Assembly: GCA_033764955.1 (NCBI GenBank)
Contig: JANRIL010000012.1
Coordinates: forward strand, 1 to 15,852
Reading direction: 5' to 3'
DNA: 15,852 nt
Origin: Cyanobacteriota bacterium
GTDB taxonomy: Bacteria; Cyanobacteriota; Cyanobacteriia; Thermostichales; Thermostichaceae
In this document: one piece after another, positions 1 through 8,570 of the stretch
Position numbering within the stretch: the first letter of the stretch is position 1
Layout: every line of letters starts with the position of its first letter
Notes under the pieces: generated by a model
Told to the model about the DNA's origin: nothing
What the model saw: only the letters and a program-made list of their open reading frames with translations
Database searches by the model: none
Position numbers and translations under genes: made by a program

Positions 1-136
1 GCGACGCCCAACCCCACTTGGAAACACCATAGCAAAAGTTGGTCGGCTAGTCCAAATTGTGCGGAGTATGCCGACCCTGGCTATCATCCCGACACCGACC
101 CTATCGGTTAGGGTGCGGGGCTTCCCGCCGAGTAAG

Positions 137-958
137 CTAAAGGTTGAGGCGGGCAGCGGCGTCAGTGACTGCTTTTTGAATGAGGGGATCCTGACGCATT
201 TGTTGAGAGATGCGCTGATATTCGACGGTGGTTAAGCCGTTGGCGGCAATCAATCGGTTAGCTACCACCTCAAACTCCTGTTCGACCCGTTGCCGCTCGG
301 CAGGGCTGGTAGCCTGTTTCAGTTGCTCATCTGTTTTAGCCAGAAGGGGCTGCACCGCGTAGACAGCCCGCACAAATCGGTCAATCTGTTCGGGGGAAGG
401 CAAAGTGGGTGTGGGGGCGGCTGGGGGCACCATAAGATCCGCCTGAGCCGATTCGGCGGCAATCGCTGCCTGCTCAGGTGGGGGTGCTGTTGCTAAAGAA
501 GGGGTGGGATCCCCCTCCGCCTTGCTTACCGCGATCGACCGTTGACCCGCAAACCAGTTGAGGCTGGCCAAAGCCAAGAGCGTAACGGTGATACCCGCCA
601 GTCCACTCACCAGCAGCATTGGCCAGCCAACACCCCTGCTATCGGTTTCCGCAAGCAAGGGGGAGGAATAGGCTGGCGAGGCATGAAAAGCCAGCGGCTC
701 TGCAGGAGAGGAGAGGCTCCGGTCATAGGCTTGCCGCCGCTCCGGATCCATGAGGGTGTGATAGGCTCGTTGCAGCTTCAAAAATTCTAGTTTTGCCAAG
801 GAACGAAGGCGAGCAGAAGTATCCGCGGGTAGCTTATCAGGGTGCACTTGCAGGGCTAGCTGGCGATAAGCATCCTTAATTTGTTCGGGGCTAGCCGATG
901 CTGCTAACCCCAACTGCTCATAGTAGGTTTCGGAGGCGTGAGTAGGTTGATCCACCAT
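137..958 (-). CDS. J-domain (DnaJ-type) membrane protein with C-terminal DUF4168-like domain
   Basis: N-terminal J-domain (YYEQLGL...IKDAYRQLALQVHPDK...AYHTLMDPERRQAYD) with HPD motif; hydrophobic helix WPMLLVSGLAGITVTLLALASL; Pro/Ala linker; C-terminus (QIDRFVRAV...IAANGLTTVEYQRI) resembles DUF4168. Confidence 0.85.
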   Translation of the reverse strand: MVDQPTHASETYYEQLGLAASASPEQIKDAYRQLALQVHPDKLPADTSARLRSLAKLEFLKLQRAYHTLMDPERRQAYDRSLSSPAEPLAFHASPAYSSPLLAETDSRGVGWPMLLVSGLAGITVTLLALASLNWFAGQRSIAVSKAEGDPTPSLATAPPPEQAAIAAESAQADLMVPPAAPTPTLPSPEQIDRFVRAVYAVQPLLAKTDEQLKQATSPAERQRVEQEFEVVANRLIAANGLTTVEYQRISQQMRQDPLIQKAVTDAAARLNL

Positions 959-1050
959 AGCTAGGATATGCCCGATACTCTCTCTAGACTATCCTGAGAT
1001 CACTATTCTGGCAGGGATCCCTTCTCGGCCAGCTAGCCAGACAAAGGCGG

Positions 1051-1293
1051 CTAGTCGGGTTGTCCTTTAGAGCCTAGGGATCCTAGACTGGTGCTGAGAG
1101 GGGATGAACTACCCGTCACATAACAGCGACGAATTTTGTGAGTAACCGCTGCCGATAGGAGCGCATCCAAAGCCTCCAACTCAGCCGCACTAAAACTATC
1201 CTGCTGCAACCATTTCAAAAGCTGGCGCTCCTGCATTTCGCCCATCGCACCTTCTTGCAAAACTTTCTCTACAAACTGGACAATCTCTGACAT
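1051..1293 (-). CDS. Small hypothetical protein (80 aa)
   Basis: ATG start, no overlap with neighbours, amphipathic helical sequence (IVQFVEKVLQEG...ELEALDALLSAAVTHKIRR) resembling short conserved cyanobacterial hypotheticals. Confidence 0.65.
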   Translation of the reverse strand: MSEIVQFVEKVLQEGAMGEMQERQLLKWLQQDSFSAAELEALDALLSAAVTHKIRRCYVTGSSSPLSTSLGSLGSKGQPD

Positions 1294-1539
1294 GCCGACG
1301 GATCCATAGGAAACAGGAACAATTCAATCTAAAGTCGGAGGCCATGACGCAATTGGCAGCAGTTTTCTGAAAAACCCTTAGCCAAAAGCTAGAGCAGAAC
1401 CAACTCTCAGTTCAAGATAGATTTTGTGCGGTTTGGTGGCTGATAGTTAAGTGGGAGCCAGCTATTGGGTCTCAATTGAGCAGGGTTTCCTTATCTGGAG
1501 CCAATCCGTATATCCCCATCATACGGAAGGTCTAGGCAC

Positions 1540-1749
1540 TCAGGGATCCGTAGAATCTCTAGGTTCTGGCTGGGTAGGCTGACGATTGAACCAAGCATTC
1601 AAGATGCCCGCTAAAACCATGATGCCAAGCGAGGCCGCTAGGGCAATCCAAATAGCCTGGAGTAAAGGGGGAGCCACGGCAACCTCATCCAAAACAACAG
1701 TCGGCAGGGGACTAAGGGGCAGGAGGAGCCAATAAATCACCGTCCACAT
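1540..1749 (-). CDS. Possible small membrane protein
   Basis: ORF overlapping the VKOR 3' end by ~40 nt with a clear transmembrane segment (LLQAIWIALAASLGIMVLAGILNAWF) and a polar tail; start uncertain. Confidence 0.4.
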   Translation of the reverse strand: MWTVIYWLLLPLSPLPTVVLDEVAVAPPLLQAIWIALAASLGIMVLAGILNAWFNRQPTQPEPRDSTDP

Positions 1750-2572
1750 CAAAATCGGTGAGGGCGGCCAGAGCTTCCAGAGATTTGACTCCTGGATAGG
1801 TTTTGTCGTTGATCACCCAGGTGGGATAACTGCGGATCCCTTGGTCTAGGCAGACTTGAGCGGTTGGGGATCCGGGGCCACCATTGGGGGAGCATTCCAC
1901 ATAGGGCACTTGTTTGAAGGCAGAACCGAACAATTCCTTTTGTTCGAGGCAGTGGGGACACCAATGCGCCCCATACATCGTGCCATTCACCTGTCGGAGG
2001 TGCGCCGCCAACTCAGTGGCTAGACGGCTGGCGGGAGGAACTTGATTGGCATAAACCCCGATCGTGGCCACCAGCGTAAACAGGCTAATCAAGATATAGC
2101 TGAAAATTAGTCGTCCCCAGTCTAACCAGCGATGCCCCAGCAGCGTTACTAACCACAAGCCCACCACCAAAACAATCGAGGTCACACAATAGAGGCAAAA
2201 CTGCTGGAGTACCCCCACCATCAGGTAGAGCATGTACATCTCAAAGGCCATCATTGAGCTAACCAGCCCAAACAAAACCGGCCAGCGCCATTGCTTGACC
2301 AAGGGTAGAGTGGCGGGCAAAATAGCCAGAACCAGGATCCCTGCAAAACCCAAAAAACCGAGCGCCGCTGTGGGCATCCCCAAAAACGTAGCCCACTTGC
2401 TGGATAAAACCAGATCACACCCCCCATCCGCCGTACAAAACGCTGCCGAACGCTCCGTCAGTTTGTTGAAGGTAAGATAGGCCGTGAGGAGGGATCCCAA
2501 ACCCGCCAGTCCCCCTAAGATCGGACGGGAGTTTTGCTGTAGCCAGGATTCGGGTTGTTGGAGATAAGCCAT
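1712..2572 (-). CDS. Vitamin K epoxide reductase (VKOR) - thioredoxin-like fusion, disulfide-bond formation
   Basis: Loop cysteines FCTADGGCDLVLSS, membrane CxxC (FCLYC), about five TM helices, C-terminal Trx-like domain MYGAHWCPHC...YVEC...SYPTW. Confidence 0.95.
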   Translation of the reverse strand: MAYLQQPESWLQQNSRPILGGLAGLGSLLTAYLTFNKLTERSAAFCTADGGCDLVLSSKWATFLGMPTAALGFLGFAGILVLAILPATLPLVKQWRWPVLFGLVSSMMAFEMYMLYLMVGVLQQFCLYCVTSIVLVVGLWLVTLLGHRWLDWGRLIFSYILISLFTLVATIGVYANQVPPASRLATELAAHLRQVNGTMYGAHWCPHCLEQKELFGSAFKQVPYVECSPNGGPGSPTAQVCLDQGIRSYPTWVINDKTYPGVKSLEALAALTDFDVDGDLLAPPAP

Positions 2573-2588
2573 AGGTCTCTAGCGACAG

Positions 2589-2700
2589 GAACGTTTTTAT
2601 TATGCCACTCCCCTTTCGGGATCCCACAGGCCAAGTCCCCCAATTGAATGGGACAGGCAGCGAACGTTTTGATGATGCCACTCCCTTTTCGGGATCCCAC
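2589..2700. repeat. Two imperfect 39-bp direct repeats (2589-2627, 2662-2700) separated by 34 bp
   Basis: gaacgtttttattatgccactcccctttcgggatcccac vs gaacgttttgatgatgccactcccttttcgggatcccac: 36/39 identical; each contains GGGATCCC near its 3' end. Confidence 0.95.
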
Positions 2701-2790
2701 CTTGTGTTCCATCGATTCTCTCGGCAGAACCTCATCATCCTGGGGTAGGCTATTGAGAATCCTGCTTATGAATTCTGATACCCGCCCCCT

Positions 2791-3693
2791 ATGCCACCTG
2801 GATCTTCTCCCCTCGCTATTCGTCGTCGTCCACCCGTGGCACGCCTGGAGCATCAGATCCTCCAGAGCGCTACTCCTCCTCCTCAACCCAGGCATATTTT
2901 AGAAGCAATTGTCTGGCATAAAGAAAAAGAAGTAGCCGAGCTACGCACCCAAACCCCTTTGCCGGAACTGCAAAAACAGGTGGCGCAGGCTCCTCCTGTG
3001 CGCGATTTTGCCCAGGCACTCCGGCAGTCCCCCCACGCCGTTTCCCTGATTGCAGAAGTCAAAAAAGCCTCCCCCAGCAAGGGTGTCTTGCGGGCTGACT
3101 TTGATCCGGTGGCGATTGCCCACGCCTATGCGGCTGCCGGAGCCAGTTGTTTGTCGGTGCTGACGGATCGCCAGTTTTTTCAGGGAAGCGGTGATTATCT
3201 GCGGCAGATTCGACAGGTGGTGGGGATCCCCATTTTGTGTAAGGAATTTATCCTCTATCCCTATCAAATTCTCTGGGCACGCACCTTGGGGGCTGATGCG
3301 GTGCTACTGATCGCGGCTATTCTCAATGACCATGATTTGGGATATTTCTTGAAACTGATCCGGCAACTGGGTATGACCGCTTTGATTGAAGTCCATACCC
3401 TAGCCGAATTGGATCGGGTATTGCGGTTGCCGACGGTGGATCTGATTGGCATCAACAACCGCGATCTGACCACCTTTCAGGTCAGCCTAGAGACCACTCA
3501 GCAGCTTATGGCCGCACGACATTCGGAAATGGCGGCTCGACAGATTACTATCGTCAGTGAGTCAGGCATTCATACGCCTGCCGATTGGCAACAGCTACAA
3601 CGGTGGGGAGTGCGCTCAATGTTGGTGGGAGAAGCATTGGTGAAACAACCGGATCCTGGGCAAGCCACCCACACTCTTTTATGTCAGGGGTAA
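2791..3693 (+). CDS. trpC: Indole-3-glycerol phosphate synthase
   Basis: Motifs LIAEVKKASPSKG, CLSVLTD..FFQGS, GADAVLLIAA, LIGINNRDL, IVSESGI, LVGEALV; cyanobacterial N-terminal extension IRRRPP. Confidence 0.97.
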   Translation: MPPGSSPLAIRRRPPVARLEHQILQSATPPPQPRHILEAIVWHKEKEVAELRTQTPLPELQKQVAQAPPVRDFAQALRQSPHAVSLIAEVKKASPSKGVLRADFDPVAIAHAYAAAGASCLSVLTDRQFFQGSGDYLRQIRQVVGIPILCKEFILYPYQILWARTLGADAVLLIAAILNDHDLGYFLKLIRQLGMTALIEVHTLAELDRVLRLPTVDLIGINNRDLTTFQVSLETTQQLMAARHSEMAARQITIVSESGIHTPADWQQLQRWGVRSMLVGEALVKQPDPGQATHTLLCQG

Positions 3694-3703
3694 ATCAGGC
3701 TTT

Positions 3704-3928
3704 ATGAAACGCATTCCTATCCCAGCCCATATCCACTACGAAGTCTTGTTGCAACTGTTGGAGCGACAGTCCTTTCCGGCGGTGGAAGAACAAGACTTTA
3801 CCAACCGTTCGCGGATGCAAGAACTGATTGTTTCCCTGCGGAAAGCCTTTAGCCAGCAACAGCAGTTAGAACAGGATTGGCAGCAGCGGGGTTTTCAGAT
3901 TGACTATCGTTGGCATGTTGACGATTAG
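3704..3928 (+). CDS. Conserved cyanobacterial small protein (DUF5340-like)
   Basis: IPIPAHIHYEVLLQLLERQS...ELIVSLRKAFSQQQQLE..W..RG..IDYRW matches the recalled family pattern; starts 10 nt after trpC. Confidence 0.8.
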   Translation: MKRIPIPAHIHYEVLLQLLERQSFPAVEEQDFTNRSRMQELIVSLRKAFSQQQQLEQDWQQRGFQIDYRWHVDD

Positions 3929-4024
3929 GGCTTGCTGACAATCTTCCTCAATCCAGTAGGTGGAGCTAGTTATCAGAGGATCCCCCCGACCAAAGGTGAG
4001 TCAGAGCATTCAGAGGGATAGACC

Positions 4025-4183
4025 ATGGAAAGACCGAAATGGGTGGCAGTCGTGACCGGCATCCTGGCGATTGGGCTAGGGGTGGGATATTTGATCTTGG
4101 TGCAGATTCTTGATTATCGGGGAGGATGGTCGCCCCCTCCACCGGAAGCTTTGGGTTTGCTGCTGACTCAGGGTTGGAGCTAG
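4025..4183 (+). CDS. Small single-pass membrane protein (52 aa), absent from the ORF track
   Basis: Manual translation MERPKWVAVVTGILAIGLGVGYLILVQILDYRGGWSPPPPEALGLLLTQGWS*; purine-rich AGAGGGA upstream; resembles a conserved cyanobacterial peptide pattern (..YLxLVQxLDxRG..P.P); fills the gap before metF. Confidence 0.8.
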   Translation: MERPKWVAVVTGILAIGLGVGYLILVQILDYRGGWSPPPPEALGLLLTQGWS

Positions 4184-4192
4184 CGGGATCCC

Positions 4193-5155
4193 ATGACACT
4201 ACCGGATCCCCAGATGGAATCAGCCCCACCGCAGAGTCAGGCGTTCTCAGCTACCGTTGCGCCGCTCCCTCAGTCTCGCTTGGCGGCGGCGGTGGGTCGA
4301 GGGGAATTTTTGATTACGGCGGAGGTGACTCCCCCCAAAGGCTCCTATCCTCTGCATCTTCTGGAACAAGCTCAAAGTTTGCGGGGGCGGGTTCATGCGG
4401 TGAATGTAACGGATTGTAATCGGGCGATGGCTCGCATGAGTGCCTGGGCGGCGGCGCTTCTCCTTAAGCAGGTCGGCATCGAGCCGATCTATCAACTGGC
4501 CTGTCGGGATCGCAACCGTCTGGCTTTGCAGGGGGATCTGCTGGGGGCGGCGGCGCTCGGTATTCAAAATGTTTTGGCGCTGACAGGGGATCCCTTAAAG
4601 GCGGGGGACTGCCCCGATGCCAAGGCGGTTTTTGAACTGGAGTCGGTGCGGCTGTTGCGCTTGATTCAGCAGCTAAATAGTGGGAGGGATTGCAATGGTC
4701 AATCGTTGCCGGATCAAGGCACCCAACTGTTTGCGGGAGCTGCCCTAGAGCCACAATCCAAAAGTCGCAGTGGGCTGTTGCGGCGGTTTCACAAAAAGCT
4801 GGAGATGGGGGCACAGTTCTTTCAAACCCAGATGATCACCGACTTTGGGCAACTGGCTGACTTTATGGAGCGGGAGGGACGGTCGGCGGGCAAACCCATT
4901 CTGGCGGGCATCTTTTTATTGAAATCTGCCAAAAATGCCCTATTTATCAACAAGTATTTGCCGGGCGTCAACATTCCCGATGCCATCATTGAGCGGCTGG
5001 CTCAGTCTGACCATCCCCTGCAAGAAGGGATCCAAATTGCCGCCGAGCAGATCAAGCAGGCTCGCCAGATCTGCCAAGGGATCCATGTGATGGCGGTCAA
5101 AGCCGAACACCTGATTCCGCAGATTTTGGACGAGGCGGGGATCCCCCCCCTCTAG
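4193..5155 (+). CDS. metF: Methylenetetrahydrofolate reductase (cyanobacterial type)
   Basis: FLITAEVTPPKG, VHAVNVTD, QLACRDRNRLALQGDLLGA, LALTGDP, GAQFFQTQ, GIHVMA motifs. Confidence 0.93.
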   Translation: MTLPDPQMESAPPQSQAFSATVAPLPQSRLAAAVGRGEFLITAEVTPPKGSYPLHLLEQAQSLRGRVHAVNVTDCNRAMARMSAWAAALLLKQVGIEPIYQLACRDRNRLALQGDLLGAAALGIQNVLALTGDPLKAGDCPDAKAVFELESVRLLRLIQQLNSGRDCNGQSLPDQGTQLFAGAALEPQSKSRSGLLRRFHKKLEMGAQFFQTQMITDFGQLADFMEREGRSAGKPILAGIFLLKSAKNALFINKYLPGVNIPDAIIERLAQSDHPLQEGIQIAAEQIKQARQICQGIHVMAVKAEHLIPQILDEAGIPPL

Positions 5156-5249
5156 GTGGATACCTGGGGTTTCTCTGGGTTGCGGCCAGTGGCATCGGCA
5201 AGGCAAGCTCCCGAAGATTATCGTATTGGGGGACTGACTTCTCTGACCT

Positions 5250-6398
5250 ATGATGGCTCCGCTTGAGTGTCTTGGCATGGATCATCTGCATTTTTATGTG
5301 GAGGATCTGGCCAGCTGGCAAGACTGGTTTCAGGATATTTGGCGGTTTCGCCCGCGGGGGATCCGCCGCCACCCCACCAGTCAAACGGTTTGGCTGAGCC
5401 ACGGCTCCATTCAGCTTCTGCTTTCTCAGCCCACCCACAATTTGGGGGAAGTGGCCGATTATTTATCTCATCACCCGCCGGGACTGGCGGATATTGCCCT
5501 CCGCCTGCGCGCACTTCCGGCTAACCTTTCCCCCCTGGCGGGGCATGGCTGGAGCGCCTCACTGGAGGTGGTGACCCAAACCGAAACCGGGATCCATTGG
5601 CGGGTTAGGATCCCGGCGCTCAGTCATCCCCAGGTCAGTCATTCACTTTTGTGTTACGGCGGGGAAGATGCCCTAGCGTTGTTAGGGTTTGAGCCGCTAG
5701 ACCGATCCAGAGGTGAACAAGTAGATCGAATGGCTAGCCAAAGGTATCCATCGTTTGCTCAGATTGATCACGTGGTCTTGAATGTGGACTTTGGTGAGAT
5801 GACTAGGCTTGCCGCCTGGTATCAATCCTTATTGGGTTGGGATCCCCTTTATCATTACCGAATTGCCACCGATCATTCCGGGTTAGAAAGTGTAGTGGTG
5901 GGAGATTTACGAGGATTTTCACCGATTCAACTGGCGATCAATCAACCGCTGGGATCCACCTCCCAAATTCAAGAATTTTTGGATATTCATCATGGGGCGG
6001 GCATCCAGCATGTTGCGCTGGCTACTTCTCACATTGTGAGGACGATTCATCACTTACGGGCAGGGGGAGTGCCGTTTTTAGAGGTGCCACCTAGTTATTA
6101 TCAAAACCTTTCCCAGAGGCTCAAGGATCATCCTGATTTCACGGATTGGCAAGCGGCTCAGCTCTTAATTGATGAACAAACCGATCCACCCATTGATCAA
6201 CCCTGTCCTCTCCCCAATCAATCCGTTCATCCAGAAGGGTTGATTATCCAAACCTTCACCCAGCCCCTATTCTCCCAACCCACCTTCTTTTTTGAGATCA
6301 TCGAGCGGCGAGGCATGGTTTCCGGCTTTGGCGAAAATAATTTTCAGGCTCTGTTTGAAGCCATGGAACGACAACAGAGGCAACGGGATCCCGCCTAG
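5250..6398 (+). CDS. hppD: 4-hydroxyphenylpyruvate dioxygenase
   Basis: DHLHFYVED; Fe-ligand motifs IDHVVLNV, GAGIQHVAL, PTFFFEIIERRG; SQIQEFL; C-terminal GFGENNFQALFEAME. Confidence 0.92.
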   Translation: MMAPLECLGMDHLHFYVEDLASWQDWFQDIWRFRPRGIRRHPTSQTVWLSHGSIQLLLSQPTHNLGEVADYLSHHPPGLADIALRLRALPANLSPLAGHGWSASLEVVTQTETGIHWRVRIPALSHPQVSHSLLCYGGEDALALLGFEPLDRSRGEQVDRMASQRYPSFAQIDHVVLNVDFGEMTRLAAWYQSLLGWDPLYHYRIATDHSGLESVVVGDLRGFSPIQLAINQPLGSTSQIQEFLDIHHGAGIQHVALATSHIVRTIHHLRAGGVPFLEVPPSYYQNLSQRLKDHPDFTDWQAAQLLIDEQTDPPIDQPCPLPNQSVHPEGLIIQTFTQPLFSQPTFFFEIIERRGMVSGFGENNFQALFEAMERQQRQRDPA

Positions 6399-6521
6399 CC
6401 TGTGGTTGGAGGCTAGCCTCTAAGGGAGAGAAGTGGTTATGAAGCTTAACGCCTCACCCCCATCCGCAAAGGATATGATACAACGCGATTGGCAGCATTG
6501 ATCATCGCAAGGAGAACCGCC

Positions 6522-7043
6522 ATGCCTCGCAGCATGAAAAACGACAATTTTATCGATAAAACTTTTACGGTGATGGCGGACATGATTTTGAAGATGATGC
6601 CGGGGGTCAGCCACGACCAGAAAAAAGCCTTCTCCTACTATCGGGATGGCATGTCAGCCCAAGCGGAGGGGGAATATGCGGAAGCCCTCGACAACTATCG
6701 AGAAGCCCTCACCCTTGAGGAAAATTCTGATGACCGCAGCTATATTCTTTACAATATGGGGTTAATTTACCAGAGCAATGGGGAAACCGACAAAGCGCTT
6801 GAGTTGTATCAGCAAGCCTTGGATCTCAACCCCCGTCACTGCTCTGCCCTCAACAATATCGCGGTTTTGCTGCATCATCGGGGAGAATCCGCTCAGCAGG
6901 CTGGGGATCCCGAAAGGGCAGAAGCATTGTTTGATGAGGCGGCTCAATACTGGATTCGTGCGATCCGCATGGCTCCCAACAACTATATTGAGGCTCAGAA
7001 CTGGTTGAAAACCACCGGACGTGCCAACCTAGAGCTATATTAG
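6522..7043 (+). CDS. ycf3: Photosystem I assembly TPR protein Ycf3
   Basis: [20 protein letters not shown]...[21 protein letters not shown]...[20 protein letters not shown] 6522 follows AAGGAG RBS. Confidence 0.98.
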   Translation: MPRSMKNDNFIDKTFTVMADMILKMMPGVSHDQKKAFSYYRDGMSAQAEGEYAEALDNYREALTLEENSDDRSYILYNMGLIYQSNGETDKALELYQQALDLNPRHCSALNNIAVLLHHRGESAQQAGDPERAEALFDEAAQYWIRAIRMAPNNYIEAQNWLKTTGRANLELY

Positions 7044-7088
7044 TCGCCATTTTTACTGGATCCTTGTTACCAATCAAGAGGTCACGCC

Positions 7089-7388
7089 ATGATCGAACGA
7101 GAACAGGTGCGGCATGTGGCTCACTTAGCCCGCCTAGAGCTAACCCCCGCAGAAGAAAGCCAGTTCACCGAGCAGTTGGCGGATATTTTAGCCTACGTCG
7201 AGCAGATGAAGGAACTGGACACGGAAGGAGTGGAACCCACCTTTCATATTCTGGATCTGCCCCAGCCCACCCGCCCCGACCATGTAGATCCGTGGGTGGA
7301 TAGTGAGGCGATTTTAGCCAACGCCCCCGACCGCTCCCAGCAGTTTTTCAAAGTACCCCGCATCCTCAATAGTGAGGATCCCGCCTGA
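7089..7388 (+). CDS. gatC: Asp/Glu-tRNA amidotransferase subunit C
   Basis: MIEREQVRHVAHLARLEL...ILAYVEQMKELDTEGVEPT...ILANAP...FFKVPRIL; GAGG RBS. Confidence 0.96.
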   Translation: MIEREQVRHVAHLARLELTPAEESQFTEQLADILAYVEQMKELDTEGVEPTFHILDLPQPTRPDHVDPWVDSEAILANAPDRSQQFFKVPRILNSEDPA

Positions 7389-7462
7389 AAGCAAACCCGG
7401 CGCATTCAGACAAAATTTAGCTGAGTTCTCCACTTTCTTCAGGAGATTAAGGCAAAATACCA

Positions 7463-7476
7463 GTAGCGTTGGCTAC
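7463..7476. promoter_or_regulatory. Candidate NtcA binding site (GTA-N8-TAC)
   Basis: GTAgcgttggcTAC within the palindrome AGTAGC-gttg-GCTACT, intergenic, 62 nt upstream of ATG 7539. Confidence 0.4.
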
Positions 7477-7538
7477 TTACTCAGCGGATCACAATCGCCA
7501 ACAGAGACGCAAGGGTCTGAACAAAAGGAATTTCTGGC

Positions 7539-8090
7539 ATGTTACTCAACCAAACTCAGGTGGAATGGTGTGGGATCCGGCGACCGGGATCCTCCGTTAC
7601 CTTGGGGGTGACCCATCTGGATCGAGGATATTTCTTTGAGAGTTTTGCCTGGATGGACAAAACAGCCGCCCTCGAACACTATCGCAAGCGGATCGATAAA
7701 CCCGCTGTGCCTGACGAAAGCTGTATTTTGCTGGAAGAAGCCCGTGGTTTTCGCCTCTGTATTTATCAACCGGGAGTGGAGGTGGTTCCCTATGAGCAAG
7801 CTCTGAAAACCATTTGTGACACCATGCGAGGGTCGGGCAAACTGGGCATTAGTGATCGCCGCTGGGGACTACGGGTTTTCAAAAAAAGCTTTGTGGGGGC
7901 AGAGGCTGTGACCTGGCTGGCGGATTATCTACATCTTTCTCGCCCTGAAGCGTTGGCTTTGGGTCAAGAATGCCTAAAGCGTGGTCTATTTAGCCATGTT
8001 TTGGGGGAACAAGATTTTGCTGATGATTTCTTCTTTTATCGCTTTTCAGAGGACGGTGGATCGGAGGGGCGGCTGGTTTCGATTAGCTAA
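7539..8090 (+). CDS. DEP-domain-containing protein
   Basis: C-terminal DEP pattern GISDRRWGLRVFKKSFVGAEAVTWL...SRPEALALGQ.CL..GLFSHV.GEQDFADDFFFYRF; AAGGA upstream of ATG. Confidence 0.85.
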   Translation: MLLNQTQVEWCGIRRPGSSVTLGVTHLDRGYFFESFAWMDKTAALEHYRKRIDKPAVPDESCILLEEARGFRLCIYQPGVEVVPYEQALKTICDTMRGSGKLGISDRRWGLRVFKKSFVGAEAVTWLADYLHLSRPEALALGQECLKRGLFSHVLGEQDFADDFFFYRFSEDGGSEGRLVSIS

Positions 8091-8127
8091 GTAGAGATCA
8101 TTCGCAAAAAAAGATAGAGGGATCGTA

Positions 8128-8520
8128 GAATTGAAGTAGTCTATTGCTTTTTAAGCCATTTTACCGAAAGATTTTCCAGGAGAGATAATCTCAATCACAA
8201 CCTCCGGTGGAACCGGACAGGCACTATCGGCGGTCAGTTGTTCAGACGAGCGTTCAAAAGAAACATACGTGAGATCGGGAACCGGAAACCAGTCTTTGCC
8301 TTGACGATGTAAGCGAATCGCCAATTTTGTATAGACATCTCTTTTCCCTTGACACCAGGCATCCAGCATCCAAAGTAGTTTTTTCTGTAAAGAAGCATGA
8401 AATCACTGGGGTGGCATGGGTTCATCTTTGGGAATGGCTTGTATCAACCAACTCATAAGTCATATACCCCTGAGGTAGGGTGAGAAATTCGGTAACAGTT
8501 AGCTTTTTCTGTGCTGTTAT
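8128..8520 (-). pseudogene. Uma2-family (PD-(D/E)xK) endonuclease pseudogene
   Basis: Reconstructed: [ATA]TAQKKLTVTEFLTLPQGYMTYELVD / frameshift / QAIPK..MPPQ*FHASLQKKLLWMLDAWCQGK...VPDLTYVSFER...PVPPEVVIEIISPGKSFGKMA*KAIDYFN. Start apparently lost, frameshift, two in-frame stops, C-terminus truncated. Confidence 0.88.
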
Positions 8521-8570
8521 GGGATCCGTTTTGATGGGTAGTCGTCACTATGAGAACCTCTGACTCACTA

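Noticed and set aside
1..136. Possible gene fragment at the window start (e.g. minus-strand ATG at 30) and a small hairpin at 98-114
   Set aside because: Too short to assign a frame or product.
2415..2902. ORFs 2415-2738(-), 2515-2895(-) and 2648-2902(+), two sharing the peptide GSRKGSGIIKTF
   Set aside because: The shared peptide is just the 39-bp DNA repeat; these frames overlap VKOR or trpC and have no family features.
6489..6521. N-terminal extension of Ycf3 in the ORF track
   Set aside because: The conserved MPRS start and AAGGAG RBS indicate ATG 6522.
6904..6918. 15-nt match (GGGATCCCGAAAGGG) in ycf3 to the reverse complement of the 2611-2625 repeat
   Set aside because: Eight of the 15 nt are the ubiquitous HIP octamer; probably chance.
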